Below, piece after piece: positions 1-9,871 of a stretch of DNA of 64,000 bases (within the stretch, counting starts at the first letter, position 1; each line of letters opens with the position of its first letter). Source of the stretch: an uncultured Gemmatimonadales bacterium (lineage in GTDB: Bacteria; Gemmatimonadota; Gemmatimonadetes; Gemmatimonadales; Gemmatimonadaceae); the NCBI GenBank assembly GCA_963707505.1, contig CAVPQB010000004.1:1344001-1408000 (forward strand), in the 5' to 3' direction. The position numbers were made by a program, and so were the translations under genes. The notes under the pieces are model-generated. The model did not search any database. It was not told the DNA's origin and was given only the letters and a program-made list of their open reading frames with translations.

Positions 1-385
1 CGCCAGCGACTTCGGCGCGAAACATCTTGCCGATCCAGTACTGCCTGAACTGATCCTCGTCCATGCGATAGATCAGATCCAGCACCACGGCGCGCTCGGG
101 CGCGACCGGTGCGCGCACGAGCAGTGTGATCTTGGACCGGTCCGGCCAGAACTGTTGCTGACCGAGAAATATCCGGCGCAATTCCGCGAACGAAAGATCC
201 GTGACGGCGGTGTGCGGATTCACGACTATCGCAACCGCCTGGCGCGCGGCGGACCCGCTCGCCTGCGCATCAGGATGACGGAACGGGATGCACAGTATCA
301 CAGCGCAGCACAACGTGATGCGCATAAGCGATCGCGCGAGAACTGCGCGCACCTTGAATTGCGATATGCTTTGCGGCTCCATCAT
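1..385 (-). CDS. PstS-like/periplasmic binding-protein-like protein, runs off window edge
   Basis: Manual translation: signal-like N-terminus then AVAIVVNPHTAVTDLSFAELRRIFLGQQQFWPD...FRQYWIGKMFRAE; ATG overlaps porin stop (ATGA). Confidence 0.7.
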   Translation of the reverse strand, partial: MMEPQSISQFKVRAVLARSLMRITLCCAVILCIPFRHPDAQASGSAARQAVAIVVNPHTAVTDLSFAELRRIFLGQQQFWPDRSKITLLVRAPVAPERAVVLDLIYRMDEDQFRQYWIGKMFRAEVAG

Positions 386-1488
386 GGCTGCGCCGGGTTG
401 TGGTCGCCGCCGCCGAGGTTGGGAACGGTAAAGCTGGCCTGCACGTACGCGCCGTTGGACCAGTCGTACGTCTCGAACCGCTCGCGCCGATATTCCGCCT
501 TGAGCGCGGCGAACGAGGTGAAATCGTAGCGCACTCCCGCGATCCCGCCGTCGTAGCCAAGTTTCAGCGGCGCGAAGATCACGTCACCTGCCCCAATCGT
601 CGTACGCTCGGCGCGTACGTACGGTTTCCATTGCGCTGCCGCGCCCGTGAGACGATACGCAAGCTGCACGTAGCCCGCGTGACTGTGCGTCGTGGCGCCG
701 CCAGTAACTGGAGTGTGGTCGATCATCGCGTATTCCGCGATGAATTCCGGACGCTCACGCTGCCACGCAACGTATGCGGATGAGATTCCCTCCGTGGCAC
801 TCGGCCCACTCGTCTCGCTTACGCGATCGTGATAGTAATCAACGCCGACCTGCATTCCGAACAGTGCTGAGGGACGTGCGGAGAGCGCCAGCGTCCATGC
901 GCGATTTCCATTCACGTCACCCGCATCGCCAGCGCGCGAGATCACGCTGCCGCGTCCGTTACCGACGCCGGCCATGTACTGCAGACCGAGCTCGTCCAAC
1001 AGAAGGTTGCCCTCGGCGAATGCGCCAACGAAGTGCGTGGGGATAAGCTGACTGCCGAACTTGATCATCTCCGGGCGCGATACCGTGGTCTGCAACCAGG
1101 TGCCATGGTGGAACGCCGTGTTCCAGTACCCAACCGGCGTGTGGTAGCGGCCGACCGACAGCTTTACCGCATCGCTGAAGTCGTAACGCAGGATTGAGCG
1201 CTCGACCTCGAAGGCGTAACCCGTAGGCTGCGCTGTGGCGCTGAATTCACCGAAGTAGTTGAGCCGATCGTTGAACGAGACGATGACGTGCCCGACCATC
1301 TGCCCGAGCTGGAATCCTGCCGGGATCTTTCGGTCTGTGGCGACGTACGTCGCGTCACCGAAAAGCATCGCGCGCACGACCGGCATGGACGGCGGCGCGG
1401 GCTGACTTGATGTGGTATCCTGCGCATGCGCCCGAGGCACAGCCGCGAGGAATATCGTTACAACTGCAACCGCGAGCGGTTTGCGCAT
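382..1488 (-). CDS. Outer-membrane beta-barrel (porin-like) protein
   Basis: Signal peptide (AHA-Q), amphipathic strands, GRYHTPVGYWN motif, aromatic-rich C-terminal strand. Confidence 0.7.
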   Translation of the reverse strand: MRKPLAVAVVTIFLAAVPRAHAQDTTSSQPAPPSMPVVRAMLFGDATYVATDRKIPAGFQLGQMVGHVIVSFNDRLNYFGEFSATAQPTGYAFEVERSILRYDFSDAVKLSVGRYHTPVGYWNTAFHHGTWLQTTVSRPEMIKFGSQLIPTHFVGAFAEGNLLLDELGLQYMAGVGNGRGSVISRAGDAGDVNGNRAWTLALSARPSALFGMQVGVDYYHDRVSETSGPSATEGISSAYVAWQRERPEFIAEYAMIDHTPVTGGATTHSHAGYVQLAYRLTGAAAQWKPYVRAERTTIGAGDVIFAPLKLGYDGGIAGVRYDFTSFAALKAEYRRERFETYDWSNGAYVQASFTVPNLGGGDHNPAQP

Positions 1489-1570
1489 GTACGGAGACGA
1501 ATGTGAGGCTTCTTACCCGTCGCTAACTTACCGGTGCCCCGTGCCGGCGGCAAGCCGCCGGAGTCAACTA

Positions 1571-2107
1571 CTACGGATTGGGGTCCTGCGGGTCGCCGTT
1601 CGCACCACGCTGCATCTCGCGGATACGCTGCCGAATCTGCGCCTGAAGTCCAACATACTGCGCAACCTGCACAGGGGTCATGAAGCTGGAAAGCTGCTGC
1701 TGCTCGTCCTGCTGCAACGCGAAGCGTTTTCCCTGAAGGTCGTGGGCCTGCGCCATGAGCTGCGCAACCTTCGCCTGGTCGGCCGAGCTCCCCTTGCCCA
1801 TCTCGTCACGCAGATTCATGCGAACCGCCCGCTCCTGCTGCAGCAGAGCGTTACGCTGGCCGCCGATGTTGGCATTGACCGAGCGCAGGCGGTTGACCTG
1901 ATCGTCGCTCAGGTTGAGCCGCTGCCGAACGATCTGCTCGCTGCGCTGGCGGAACTGCTGCTCGAGCGCCTGCCTGTGTGGCTGGACGCCCTGGGCCGGC
2001 GCGGGACGCATCGGGCGTATGCGACGGCCCTGGGCACTCGCGGTCGTGGCGCCGGTGACGCTCGTCACGCACAGTATCGCGGCCGTCATGAGGGTAGCTA
2101 CTCTCAT
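1571..2107 (-). CDS. Spy/CpxP-like periplasmic protein
   Basis: Signal peptide, LNLSDDQ and MTPVQ (LTxxQ-like) motifs, Gln-rich helices; follows anti-sigma gene. Confidence 0.75.
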   Translation of the reverse strand: MRVATLMTAAILCVTSVTGATTASAQGRRIRPMRPAPAQGVQPHRQALEQQFRQRSEQIVRQRLNLSDDQVNRLRSVNANIGGQRNALLQQERAVRMNLRDEMGKGSSADQAKVAQLMAQAHDLQGKRFALQQDEQQQLSSFMTPVQVAQYVGLQAQIRQRIREMQRGANGDPQDPNP

Positions 2108-2631
2108 GCCGAATCTCCCGCGCTTGCAGGCTCGGGCGCGTCTTCGAGCGCCGCCGGTGTGACTGACTCGGGATCAACCGTCGGCATCGCCTGAAGCTTG
2201 TCGAGATCACGCGTGAGCTGCGCCAGCCCGTCGTCGCTCAGATCGCTCGTGTTGACGAGCGCAAGCCCCTGACTCGCGACACCTGCAGGGCTATTCGTCG
2301 CTGGCGTGGCGCCGTTTCTGGAATTGTGGAGCGCGAACGTGGAGATCCCAACCGCACCGATCAGGCACGCAGCAGCAAGCTCCAGATAGACTCTGCGCAT
2401 GCTCGTCCGCTTGCGACGATACGGTGGGATTACGGCGACGATGCGTGCAACGTCCACGACCGGAACGACCGCACTGGCACGCACTGCGCGAATGATCGCG
2501 AGCTCCGCGGAGCAGTCGTCGCACACATCCAGGTGCTGTTGCACCCGCACGCGCTCGACCTCCGGCAGCGTGCCGAGCATCAGCTCCGGCAACACTTCGC
2601 GAATCTCTATGTTCTCACAATCATTCATCAT
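2104..2631 (-). CDS. zf-HC2 anti-sigma factor
   Basis: HLDVCDDC (HxxxCxxC) plus one TM helix; start moved to MMND overlapping the sigma stop. Confidence 0.8.
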   Translation of the reverse strand: MMNDCENIEIREVLPELMLGTLPEVERVRVQQHLDVCDDCSAELAIIRAVRASAVVPVVDVARIVAVIPPYRRKRTSMRRVYLELAAACLIGAVGISTFALHNSRNGATPATNSPAGVASQGLALVNTSDLSDDGLAQLTRDLDKLQAMPTVDPESVTPAALEDAPEPASAGDSA

Positions 2632-3181
2632 CGAGAAACTCCTTGACCGCGCGCATCGCGTTGTGGTAGTGGACGCGCGCTGCGCCCTCCGTACTCCCAA
2701 CCAGCTCCGCGATCTCCTTATACGACAGCCCCTGTTCCAGCCGGAGCGTAAAGACCTCTTTCTGTTTCTGCGACAGTGCATCCACTGCCTGCCTTACCCG
2801 CACCATCGATTCGTCCGCGACCATCGTGTCCAGTGCATCGAACGTCGTAACCGCATCACCCTCTTCAACCGTCGCCACCATTCTACTTCGTCGCTCCGAT
2901 CGTCGCCGATCCAGTATCAGTCGTCGCGCAATGGTGAAAAGCCATGTTCGGAAGGCACTCTCGCCACGAAAGCTGTCGATCGCCGCAAACGCTCTTACGA
3001 AGGTATCCTGAACCACCTCATCGACGTTGTCGCGCTCTCCCTCGCCCGCCACGAAGCGCGCCAGCCCGGGAGCGTGCCGCTCGACCAGTCTTGTGGCCGC
3101 CATGCTTTCCCCGCTCCGCCATCGGCGAATGAGTTCCGCGTCAGTTGGTTCTTCGGCGACCGGCTGAGCAGTGACTTCCAC
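2621..3181 (-). CDS. ECF RNA polymerase sigma factor
   Basis: Region 2 DEVVQDTFVRAF...FRTWLFTIAR; region 4 GLSYKEIAELVG. Confidence 0.92.
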   Translation of the reverse strand: MEVTAQPVAEEPTDAELIRRWRSGESMAATRLVERHAPGLARFVAGEGERDNVDEVVQDTFVRAFAAIDSFRGESAFRTWLFTIARRLILDRRRSERRSRMVATVEEGDAVTTFDALDTMVADESMVRVRQAVDALSQKQKEVFTLRLEQGLSYKEIAELVGSTEGAARVHYHNAMRAVKEFLDDE

Positions 3182-3312
3182 ACGCTAAATAGACGTCATG
3201 CGGCGACATATGTTAAGTGGCAGCGGTTGACGGATTTACGTTCCCTGGCTAGCTTCTTTAGAACGACCGTTCGACGGTCAGGAACCCGCCAAGTCTCAAG
3301 AGGTACAGGACG

Positions 3313-3966
3313 ATGCCCGACGAAACAACGCCCAGCCCCGCCGACCCGACCGCAGCTCCAGCCGCAACTGCCCCGCGCGCGCCCAAACTGGAAACGCTCC
3401 TGGCCGCCGCCGCTACCACGTTCGCAACGCGTGGCTATAGCGGAACGAGCATGCGCGACATCGCGCACGATTCCGGCATCTCGCTATCCGGTATCTACTA
3501 TTACACCCGCGGCAAGTCATCGCTCCTCTACGAGATTCAGTCCCGCACCATCGACGCGCTCATCGCCTCGGCGGCCCAGGCGCTTTCCCGTGTTACCAAG
3601 CCGACTGACCAACTGCTCCAGTTCGTCGAGAATCACGTCTCGTATTCCAACGAGCACCCGGCTTTCGTGCGCGTGCTGTCGCACGAGACCGCGCCCGATG
3701 GCTCGGACGAGCGCCGCGAAGCGGTCGAGCTCAAGCGACAACAGTATGTCGATGTCTTGCGCGACATTCTCGACCGGGTGCGCCAGGAGTTCGAGGCGCC
3801 AGTCTCCACCGCATTCGCGGCCGACATGCTCTTCGCGATGATGAGCGGACCGCGCCAGTGGGGAGTGTCGGATACGGAGCTCAATGTCGGCATCGCGTCG
3901 CGGCTCATCTACGATCTGTTCGTGCACGGCTTCACCGGAGGCACTTCGCCGTCAAGCCAGGCTTGA
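3313..3966 (+). CDS. TetR/AcrR family regulator
   Basis: FATRGYSGTSMRDIAHDSGISLSGIYYY HTH. Confidence 0.9.
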   Translation: MPDETTPSPADPTAAPAATAPRAPKLETLLAAAATTFATRGYSGTSMRDIAHDSGISLSGIYYYTRGKSSLLYEIQSRTIDALIASAAQALSRVTKPTDQLLQFVENHVSYSNEHPAFVRVLSHETAPDGSDERREAVELKRQQYVDVLRDILDRVRQEFEAPVSTAFAADMLFAMMSGPRQWGVSDTELNVGIASRLIYDLFVHGFTGGTSPSSQA

Positions 3967-4664
3967 TGGAGTTCATAGCGCACCGCGGAGCGCATGACGT
4001 TTTCACCGAGAACACGCTCGACGCATTCCAGCGAGCTGTCGATCTCGGATTCCACGGCGTCGAGCTGGACGTTCATGTAACCGCTGATGGCGTCTGTGTC
4101 GTCAATCACGACGAGTCGGTCGTAACGTCCAAGGTCGCGCTCTCCATTCGAGGCACCTACTACGACACGCTGCACGCCGCGGCCCCTCTTCTGCCGCGGC
4201 TCGATGCGGTTCTAGAGCTGGTCGCCGGAAAGGCCCACGCCTACGTCGAGATCAAGAACCGCGAGGTTGAGACGGAGCTTGCCGAAGTCATCCGGCGCAG
4301 CTCCGCCGAGGCGTCGGTCCACTCGTTCGATCACGAAGTGATCTTGCGCATGAGGCGGTTGTTGCCGCAACTTCGCACCGGGATTCTTCAAACCAGCCGG
4401 CTCGTGGACAGCGCCCATGCTCTCCGGGCCGCCGGCGCGACGGATCTCTGGCAGTGGCACGAGTTCGTCGATCGCGCACTGGTCGAGCAGGTAACGGCGG
4501 CCGGCGGAAGGGTGATTGTCTGGACTGCAAACACCCCTTCGGAATGGCGCGTGTTCGACGATCTGGGAGTCGCCGCAATCTGCACTGATCTGCCGATCAG
4601 CCCGACCTTGGCATCAACTCGAAGCACTCACACGCGAGGCTCATCTCTGGATGCGAACCACTAG
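3966..4664 (+). CDS. Glycerophosphodiester phosphodiesterase
   Basis: IAHRGA, ENTLDAF, GVELDV, YVEIK motifs; ATG overlaps TetR stop. Confidence 0.88.
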   Translation: MEFIAHRGAHDVFTENTLDAFQRAVDLGFHGVELDVHVTADGVCVVNHDESVVTSKVALSIRGTYYDTLHAAAPLLPRLDAVLELVAGKAHAYVEIKNREVETELAEVIRRSSAEASVHSFDHEVILRMRRLLPQLRTGILQTSRLVDSAHALRAAGATDLWQWHEFVDRALVEQVTAAGGRVIVWTANTPSEWRVFDDLGVAAICTDLPISPTLASTRSTHTRGSSLDANH

Positions 4665-6123
4665 TCTCTTTCTTCTCTGCGCTGCGGGAGTGGCATGCGC
4701 GCACAATCCGGCACCGACGCCAGCTGCGTCGCCGTCGAGCAGTGCGCCATCCACTTCCTCTACGGCCAGCGCCACGACAAGCGCCACCTCGGCGCGCGAC
4801 AGCGCCGGCAAGCCGGGAATCGGCGCGCTATCGCTACCGAATGCGAATCCGTTTCCGAGCACGTACGTTCCCTTCCCGTCACACACGACGCTGATCAGGA
4901 ACGCAACAATAATGACCGCCGCGGGCCCGACGATGCAGAACGCGTCGATCCTGCTGCGCGACGGCAAGATCGTCTCGGTCGGAACTTCCGTCACAGCACC
5001 CGCAGACGCCGTTGTGATCGATGGCACGGGCAAGTACGTGACGCCAGGAATCATCGACGTACACTCTCACCTCGGCGTTTACGCAGCGCCCGGCGGCGGC
5101 GGGCTCAATGACGGCAACGAGGCCACCAATCCGAACACGTCATATGTCTGGGCTGAGCATTCGGTATGGCCGCAGGATCCGCAGTTCCCGCGCATCCTCG
5201 CGGGCGGTGTCACGACCGTCCAGATCCTTCCCGGCTCGGCAAATCTTTTCGGCGGCCGCAGCGCGATCCTGAAGGTCGTACCATCGCGCACGGTACAGGG
5301 AATGAAGTTTCCCGGCGCCAAGTACGGCGTGAAGATGGCATGCGGCGAGAACCCCAAGCGTGTTTACGCTTCGCGCGGGCCGTCAACCCGTATGGGGAAC
5401 GTCGCGGGTTATCGCACGGCGTACATTCAGGCCGCCGAATACCGCCGCAAGTGGGACGAATGGAACGCGAACCACAAGGGGCCGCCGCCAGCGCGCGACC
5501 TCGGCCAGGAAACGCTCGCCGAAGTATTGCGCGGCGACATTCTTCCACAGATGCACTGCTACCGCGCCGACGAGATGGCGCAGATGCTCGATGTCGCGAA
5601 GGAATTCGGCTTCAAGATCCGCGCGTTCCATCACGCGGTCGAAGCGTACAAGATCGCCGACCTGCTTCGTGAGAACGGAACGGGCGCCGCGATGTGGGCC
5701 GACTGGGGCGGTTTCAAGGAAGAAGCGATGGACGGCATTCGCGCCAACATCGCACTGGTGGATGCGGCAGGTGCGAAGGCGATGATTCACTCCGACGATC
5801 CGTCCGGATCGCAGCGTCTCAATCAGGAAGTTGCAAAGGCGATGTACGCGGGTCGCGCCGCGGGGATCAACGTTACGGAAGACGAAGCGGTCAAGTGGAT
5901 GACCATCAATCCCGCATGGGCGCTCGAGCTGGACAACAGGATCGGCTCACTCGAGCCCGGTAAGGATGCCGATGTCGTGCTATGGAGCGGAGATCCGTTC
6001 AGCGTCTACACGAAAGCCGAGAAGGTCTGGATCGACGGCGCGATGTTGTTCAACCGTGACGACCCAGCACAGAACTGGCGCACCGACTTCGACCTGGGCT
6101 ATGTGAAGGGAGAATCCCGCTGA
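4651..6123 (+). CDS. Amidohydrolase family lipoprotein, metal ligands intact
   Basis: PGIIDVHSH, KMACGENPKR, HCY, HHAVE, HSDD, GSLEPGKDAD; lipobox-like GVAC. Confidence 0.88.
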   Translation: MRTTSLFLLCAAGVACAHNPAPTPAASPSSSAPSTSSTASATTSATSARDSAGKPGIGALSLPNANPFPSTYVPFPSHTTLIRNATIMTAAGPTMQNASILLRDGKIVSVGTSVTAPADAVVIDGTGKYVTPGIIDVHSHLGVYAAPGGGGLNDGNEATNPNTSYVWAEHSVWPQDPQFPRILAGGVTTVQILPGSANLFGGRSAILKVVPSRTVQGMKFPGAKYGVKMACGENPKRVYASRGPSTRMGNVAGYRTAYIQAAEYRRKWDEWNANHKGPPPARDLGQETLAEVLRGDILPQMHCYRADEMAQMLDVAKEFGFKIRAFHHAVEAYKIADLLRENGTGAAMWADWGGFKEEAMDGIRANIALVDAAGAKAMIHSDDPSGSQRLNQEVAKAMYAGRAAGINVTEDEAVKWMTINPAWALELDNRIGSLEPGKDADVVLWSGDPFSVYTKAEKVWIDGAMLFNRDDPAQNWRTDFDLGYVKGESR

Positions 6124-7403
6124 TGAAAAAGCAACTTCTATTTGCCGCGTGCGTGACGTTCGTTACCGTCGCGGCGGCACATGCGCAGACAGTCGCGATC
6201 ACTGGCGGAACCGTGTATCCGGTGAGTGGTCCGGCGATTCAGAATGGTACGGTACTGATGCGCGATGGCAAGATCGTCGCGGTCGGTGCTGACGTGGCGG
6301 TTCCCGCCGGCGCGCAACGCATCGACGCGACCGGCAAGATCGTGACGCCGGGATTCATCGATGCATCGACTACGCTTGGTCTGGTCGAGATTGGCGGTGA
6401 GCCGAGCACGCGCGATGCCAACGCGAAGGGAACGGACGCAATCGCAGCCTCGTTCCGTTCGTGGGACGGACTCAACTCTGAGTCTGTGAACTGGGCACCC
6501 GCGCGCAATGAAGGTGTCACCAGTGCTGTAGTGCTGCCCGGCGGCGGTCTGGTATCCGGAGGAGCCGCAATGGTCGATCTGGCCGATGGCACTGCGGCGC
6601 AGATGATCCGGCGGGCACCCGTCGCGATGATCGCACAGATCGACAATCCGCGCAGCGCGCAGACTGGCGCCCGGGGCGAGCTGATCGGCAAGCTGCGGAA
6701 CCTCATCGAGGACGTGAAGTTCTACCAGGCTCACAGGGCGGACTACGACCGTTCCGCGACACGCAGCCTCACCGCACCGCGCGTGGATCTGGAAGCAATG
6801 ATCCCGGTCGTGGAAGGCAAGCTGCCGCTCGCGATCGAAGCCGAGCGCGTGGACGACATACAGGCAGCGCTCCGGCTCGCGAAGGAGTTCAACCTCAAGA
6901 TCATCATCATGGGGGGCGCCGAAGCATGGCTCGCTGCCAATGACCTCGCGGCGGCGCACGTGCCGGTCGTTGCGGGCGCGATGAACAACATCCCGAGCAG
7001 CTTCGAGACACTGAACCAGCGTCAGGAGAATCTTGGAATCCTGAGCAAGGCTGGCGTCACCACGGCGATCGTCGGGAACAACGGCGACGGCGACGAGGAG
7101 CTGTTCAACGTGCGCAACATCAAGTACGAGGCCGGTAACGCAGTTGCCTACGGCATGACGCACGATGCGGCGTTGCGCGCCGTGACGCTCGCGCCGGCCG
7201 AGATGTTCGGCGTCGCAGATCACGTCGGCTCGCTGCAACCGGGGCGCGACGCGAACGTGGTGATCTGGAGCGGCGACCCGTTCGAGTTCTCGACGCACGC
7301 GGAGCACGTGTACATCCACGGCCGCGACGTGATCGCGCCGAGCCGGCAGGACATGCTGACTCAGCGGTACAAGACGCTCCCGCCGAAGTATTCGCAGCCG
7401 TGA
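6123..7403 (+). CDS. Amidohydrolase-fold secreted protein, degenerate metal site
   Basis: PGFIDASTTLG replaces HxH; GSLQPGRDAN; signal peptide. Confidence 0.85.
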   Translation: MKKQLLFAACVTFVTVAAAHAQTVAITGGTVYPVSGPAIQNGTVLMRDGKIVAVGADVAVPAGAQRIDATGKIVTPGFIDASTTLGLVEIGGEPSTRDANAKGTDAIAASFRSWDGLNSESVNWAPARNEGVTSAVVLPGGGLVSGGAAMVDLADGTAAQMIRRAPVAMIAQIDNPRSAQTGARGELIGKLRNLIEDVKFYQAHRADYDRSATRSLTAPRVDLEAMIPVVEGKLPLAIEAERVDDIQAALRLAKEFNLKIIIMGGAEAWLAANDLAAAHVPVVAGAMNNIPSSFETLNQRQENLGILSKAGVTTAIVGNNGDGDEELFNVRNIKYEAGNAVAYGMTHDAALRAVTLAPAEMFGVADHVGSLQPGRDANVVIWSGDPFEFSTHAEHVYIHGRDVIAPSRQDMLTQRYKTLPPKYSQP

Positions 7404-7427
7404 GCCACGCTACACGGTAAGTATTCG

Positions 7428-7460
7428 AGAAGGCCGCCTTCGATACGAGGGCGGCCTTCT
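7428..7460 (+). terminator. Hairpin, probable intrinsic terminator
   Basis: agaaggccgccttcg-ata-cgagggcggccttct inverted repeat after the amidohydrolase stop. Confidence 0.65.
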
Positions 7461-7481
7461 TCATGACCGGGACGAGAATCG

Positions 7482-9080
7482 ATGCAGCAAAAGACTCTTC
7501 TGATCGCAGCGCTGTGCGTTGCTGCTCCCTGCAGCGCGCAGCGCATTTCCAAGCCAGCCTCATCGCCGTCGAAAGCAGCCTCTGCTTCCGGTGATGCGGC
7601 GACGCTCCGCATCGGAGCGCAACGATACCGCCGTTCCCACGAAGCGACGATCCTGCGCGAGTTCTCGGATCTTCTCGCGCTGCCGAACGTCGCCTCCGAC
7701 CATCGGAACATCCGCCGCAATGCAGACATGCTTGTAGCGATGCTCAGGAAGCGAGGAGTCGATGCACGCACGCTCGAGCTGGAGGGCGCGTCGCCGGCGG
7801 TGTACGGCGTACTCACAGCGCCGGGCGCGACGCACACCGTCATTCTGTATGCGCACTATGACGGCCAGCCTGTCACCGCGTCGCAATGGGCGACGCCGCC
7901 GTGGTCGCCTACCCTTCGCGACAAATCATTTGCTGAGGGTGGAAAGGCGATCGCGTTTCCTGTGGACAATACGGCGCGCGTCAGCGGCGAGGCGCGCATC
8001 TACGCGCGGTCATCCGGCGACGACAAGGCAAGCATCGTCGCGATGCTTACGGCCCTCGACGCATTGCATGCGAGCGGGCGCAAGCCATCGGTGAACATAA
8101 AATTTCTTTTCGAGGGCGAGGAGGAAGCTGGCTCCCCTCACCTGCTCGCGATCCTGCAGCGCTATCACGAGCTGCTGACGGGTGACGTGCTATTGCTGTG
8201 TGACGGGCCCGAGCATCAGAGCGGCAAGCAGCAGTTGCTCTTTGGTGTACGTGGCACGGCGAGCATGGAGCTCACCGTTTATGGCGCCACGGCTGCGCTG
8301 CACAGCGGACACTACGGCAACTGGGCGCCCAATCCTGGCGCAATGCTCGCGAACCTCATCGCCAGCATGCGTGATGACGACGGCCACATCAGGATCGCCG
8401 GCTTCTACGACGACGTCGCGCCTGTCTCACGTGCGGAGGAGGCTGCGATCAGAGCCGTGCCGCCGATCGATTCCGCGCTGCGCCGCTCGTTCGGGCTCGC
8501 CCGAACGGAAGACAACAACGCTCCGCTCGCCGAGCGACTCATGGCTCCAGCGCTCAACGTGCGCGGGCTGAACTACGGCAGCGTTGGCGAGCACGCGGCG
8601 AATGTGATCTCGACGGAAGCGCACGCGTCCTTCGATTTCCGGCTCGTTCCACGCGAAACCCCGGAGCACGTGCGCGAGCTGGTGGATGCGCACATCCGGA
8701 AGCAGGGTTACTTCGTTACCGGCGACAGCGTGACGACCGCAATGCGCCTGGCCCATCCGCGAATCGCACGCGTGGTGTGGGCGCCCGGTGGCTATCCCGC
8801 GAATCGCACCGCGATGGATTCGCCGGTCGCACGAGCCGTGATCGACGTCGCAGCCGACAGCACGGGGAAGCCGCCTGTAGTGTTGCCGACGATGGGTGCC
8901 AGTGCGCCGAGCTACATGTTCACGCAGGCGCTGCACGTACCGGTGATCATCGTGCCGATCGCCAATTACGACGACAACCAGCACGCCGCGAATGAGAATC
9001 TGCGCGTCCAGAATCTGTGGGATGGCGTCGAGCTGTACACGGAGATAATGGGCCGGCTCGGAACGGCAGAGTGGCGTTAG
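7482..9080 (+). CDS. M20/M25/M40 metallopeptidase, secreted
   Basis: YAHYDGQP, RSSGDDK, EGEEEAGS, LHSGHYG, NQHAANEN. Confidence 0.9.
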   Translation: MQQKTLLIAALCVAAPCSAQRISKPASSPSKAASASGDAATLRIGAQRYRRSHEATILREFSDLLALPNVASDHRNIRRNADMLVAMLRKRGVDARTLELEGASPAVYGVLTAPGATHTVILYAHYDGQPVTASQWATPPWSPTLRDKSFAEGGKAIAFPVDNTARVSGEARIYARSSGDDKASIVAMLTALDALHASGRKPSVNIKFLFEGEEEAGSPHLLAILQRYHELLTGDVLLLCDGPEHQSGKQQLLFGVRGTASMELTVYGATAALHSGHYGNWAPNPGAMLANLIASMRDDDGHIRIAGFYDDVAPVSRAEEAAIRAVPPIDSALRRSFGLARTEDNNAPLAERLMAPALNVRGLNYGSVGEHAANVISTEAHASFDFRLVPRETPEHVRELVDAHIRKQGYFVTGDSVTTAMRLAHPRIARVVWAPGGYPANRTAMDSPVARAVIDVAADSTGKPPVVLPTMGASAPSYMFTQALHVPVIIVPIANYDDNQHAANENLRVQNLWDGVELYTEIMGRLGTAEWR

Positions 9081-9125
9081 GACATGGGCGATCCGTAGGC
9101 CCGCCCACATTTCCGTTCACCAATG

Positions 9126-9153
9126 AAAAAGGGTCCCGAAACGGGACCCTTTT
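9126..9153. terminator. Bidirectional intrinsic terminator
   Basis: aaaagggtcccg-aaa-cgggaccctttt between convergent M20 peptidase and rpmA. Confidence 0.8.
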
Positions 9154-9174
9154 CAATCGCTGCAGAGTGCGCTA

Positions 9175-9453
9175 TTACGCAGTCGCCGTCTCGGCCTGCT
9201 GCTGAGGATAGACGCTGATCTTGTAGCGCGTCTTGCTCTTGTGCTCGAACTTCACGACGCCGTCGATGAGCGAGTAGATCGTGTAGTCGGAGCCGAGGCC
9301 GACGTTGCGGCCCGGGTGCCACTTGGTGCCGCACTGGCGGACGATGATGTTGCCCGCGACCACGCGCTCGCCACCGAACTTCTTGACGCCACGGTACTGC
9401 GCGTTGCTGTCGCGACCGTTGCGAGTGGATCCTACGCCCTTTTTATGTGCCAT
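9175..9453 (-). CDS. rpmA: 50S ribosomal protein L27
   Basis: [16 protein letters not shown]. Confidence 0.98.
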   Translation of the reverse strand: MAHKKGVGSTRNGRDSNAQYRGVKKFGGERVVAGNIIVRQCGTKWHPGRNVGLGSDYTIYSLIDGVVKFEHKSKTRYKISVYPQQQAETATA

Positions 9454-9466
9454 GTTTTTCTAAGCC

Positions 9467-9784
9467 TCAGGCGAGTGTGATGTCGCCGATCTTGATCTCG
9501 GTGAAGCCCTGACGATGTCCCTGCTTGCGCGCGTAGTTCTTGCGGCGCTTCTGCTTGAAGACGATGATCTTCTCGCCGCGGCCGTGCTTGACGATCTCGG
9601 CGGCGACTGACGCGCCCTTGAGGGCCGGCACGCCGACGTGGGTGTTCTTGTCATCGCTGCCGAGCAGCACGTCGGAGAACGTGACTTTGGCTCCGGCGTC
9701 GCCGACAAGCGTGGGGATTCTGTAGGTTTTGCCGGGCTCGACGCGAAACTGCTTGCCGCCGGTTCGGATGATAGCGTATGGCAT
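9467..9784 (-). CDS. rplU: 50S ribosomal protein L21
   Basis: YAIIRTGGKQFRV...KRRKNYARKQGHRQ. Confidence 0.98.
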   Translation of the reverse strand: MPYAIIRTGGKQFRVEPGKTYRIPTLVGDAGAKVTFSDVLLGSDDKNTHVGVPALKGASVAAEIVKHGRGEKIIVFKQKRRKNYARKQGHRQGFTEIKIGDITLA

Positions 9785-9814
9785 GGAATCGTATTGGTTT
9801 TGGTGCAGCCTTTA

Positions 9815-9823
9815 AGTATAGCA
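9815..9823 (-). promoter_or_regulatory. Extended -10 promoter for rplU-rpmA
   Basis: Minus strand reads TGCTATACT (TGnTATAcT) about 30 nt upstream of the rplU start. Confidence 0.55.
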
Positions 9824-9871
9824 ACCCCGCTGGCGAAACGGTAGGGCGTCGGGATATCCGCGCCCCACACC

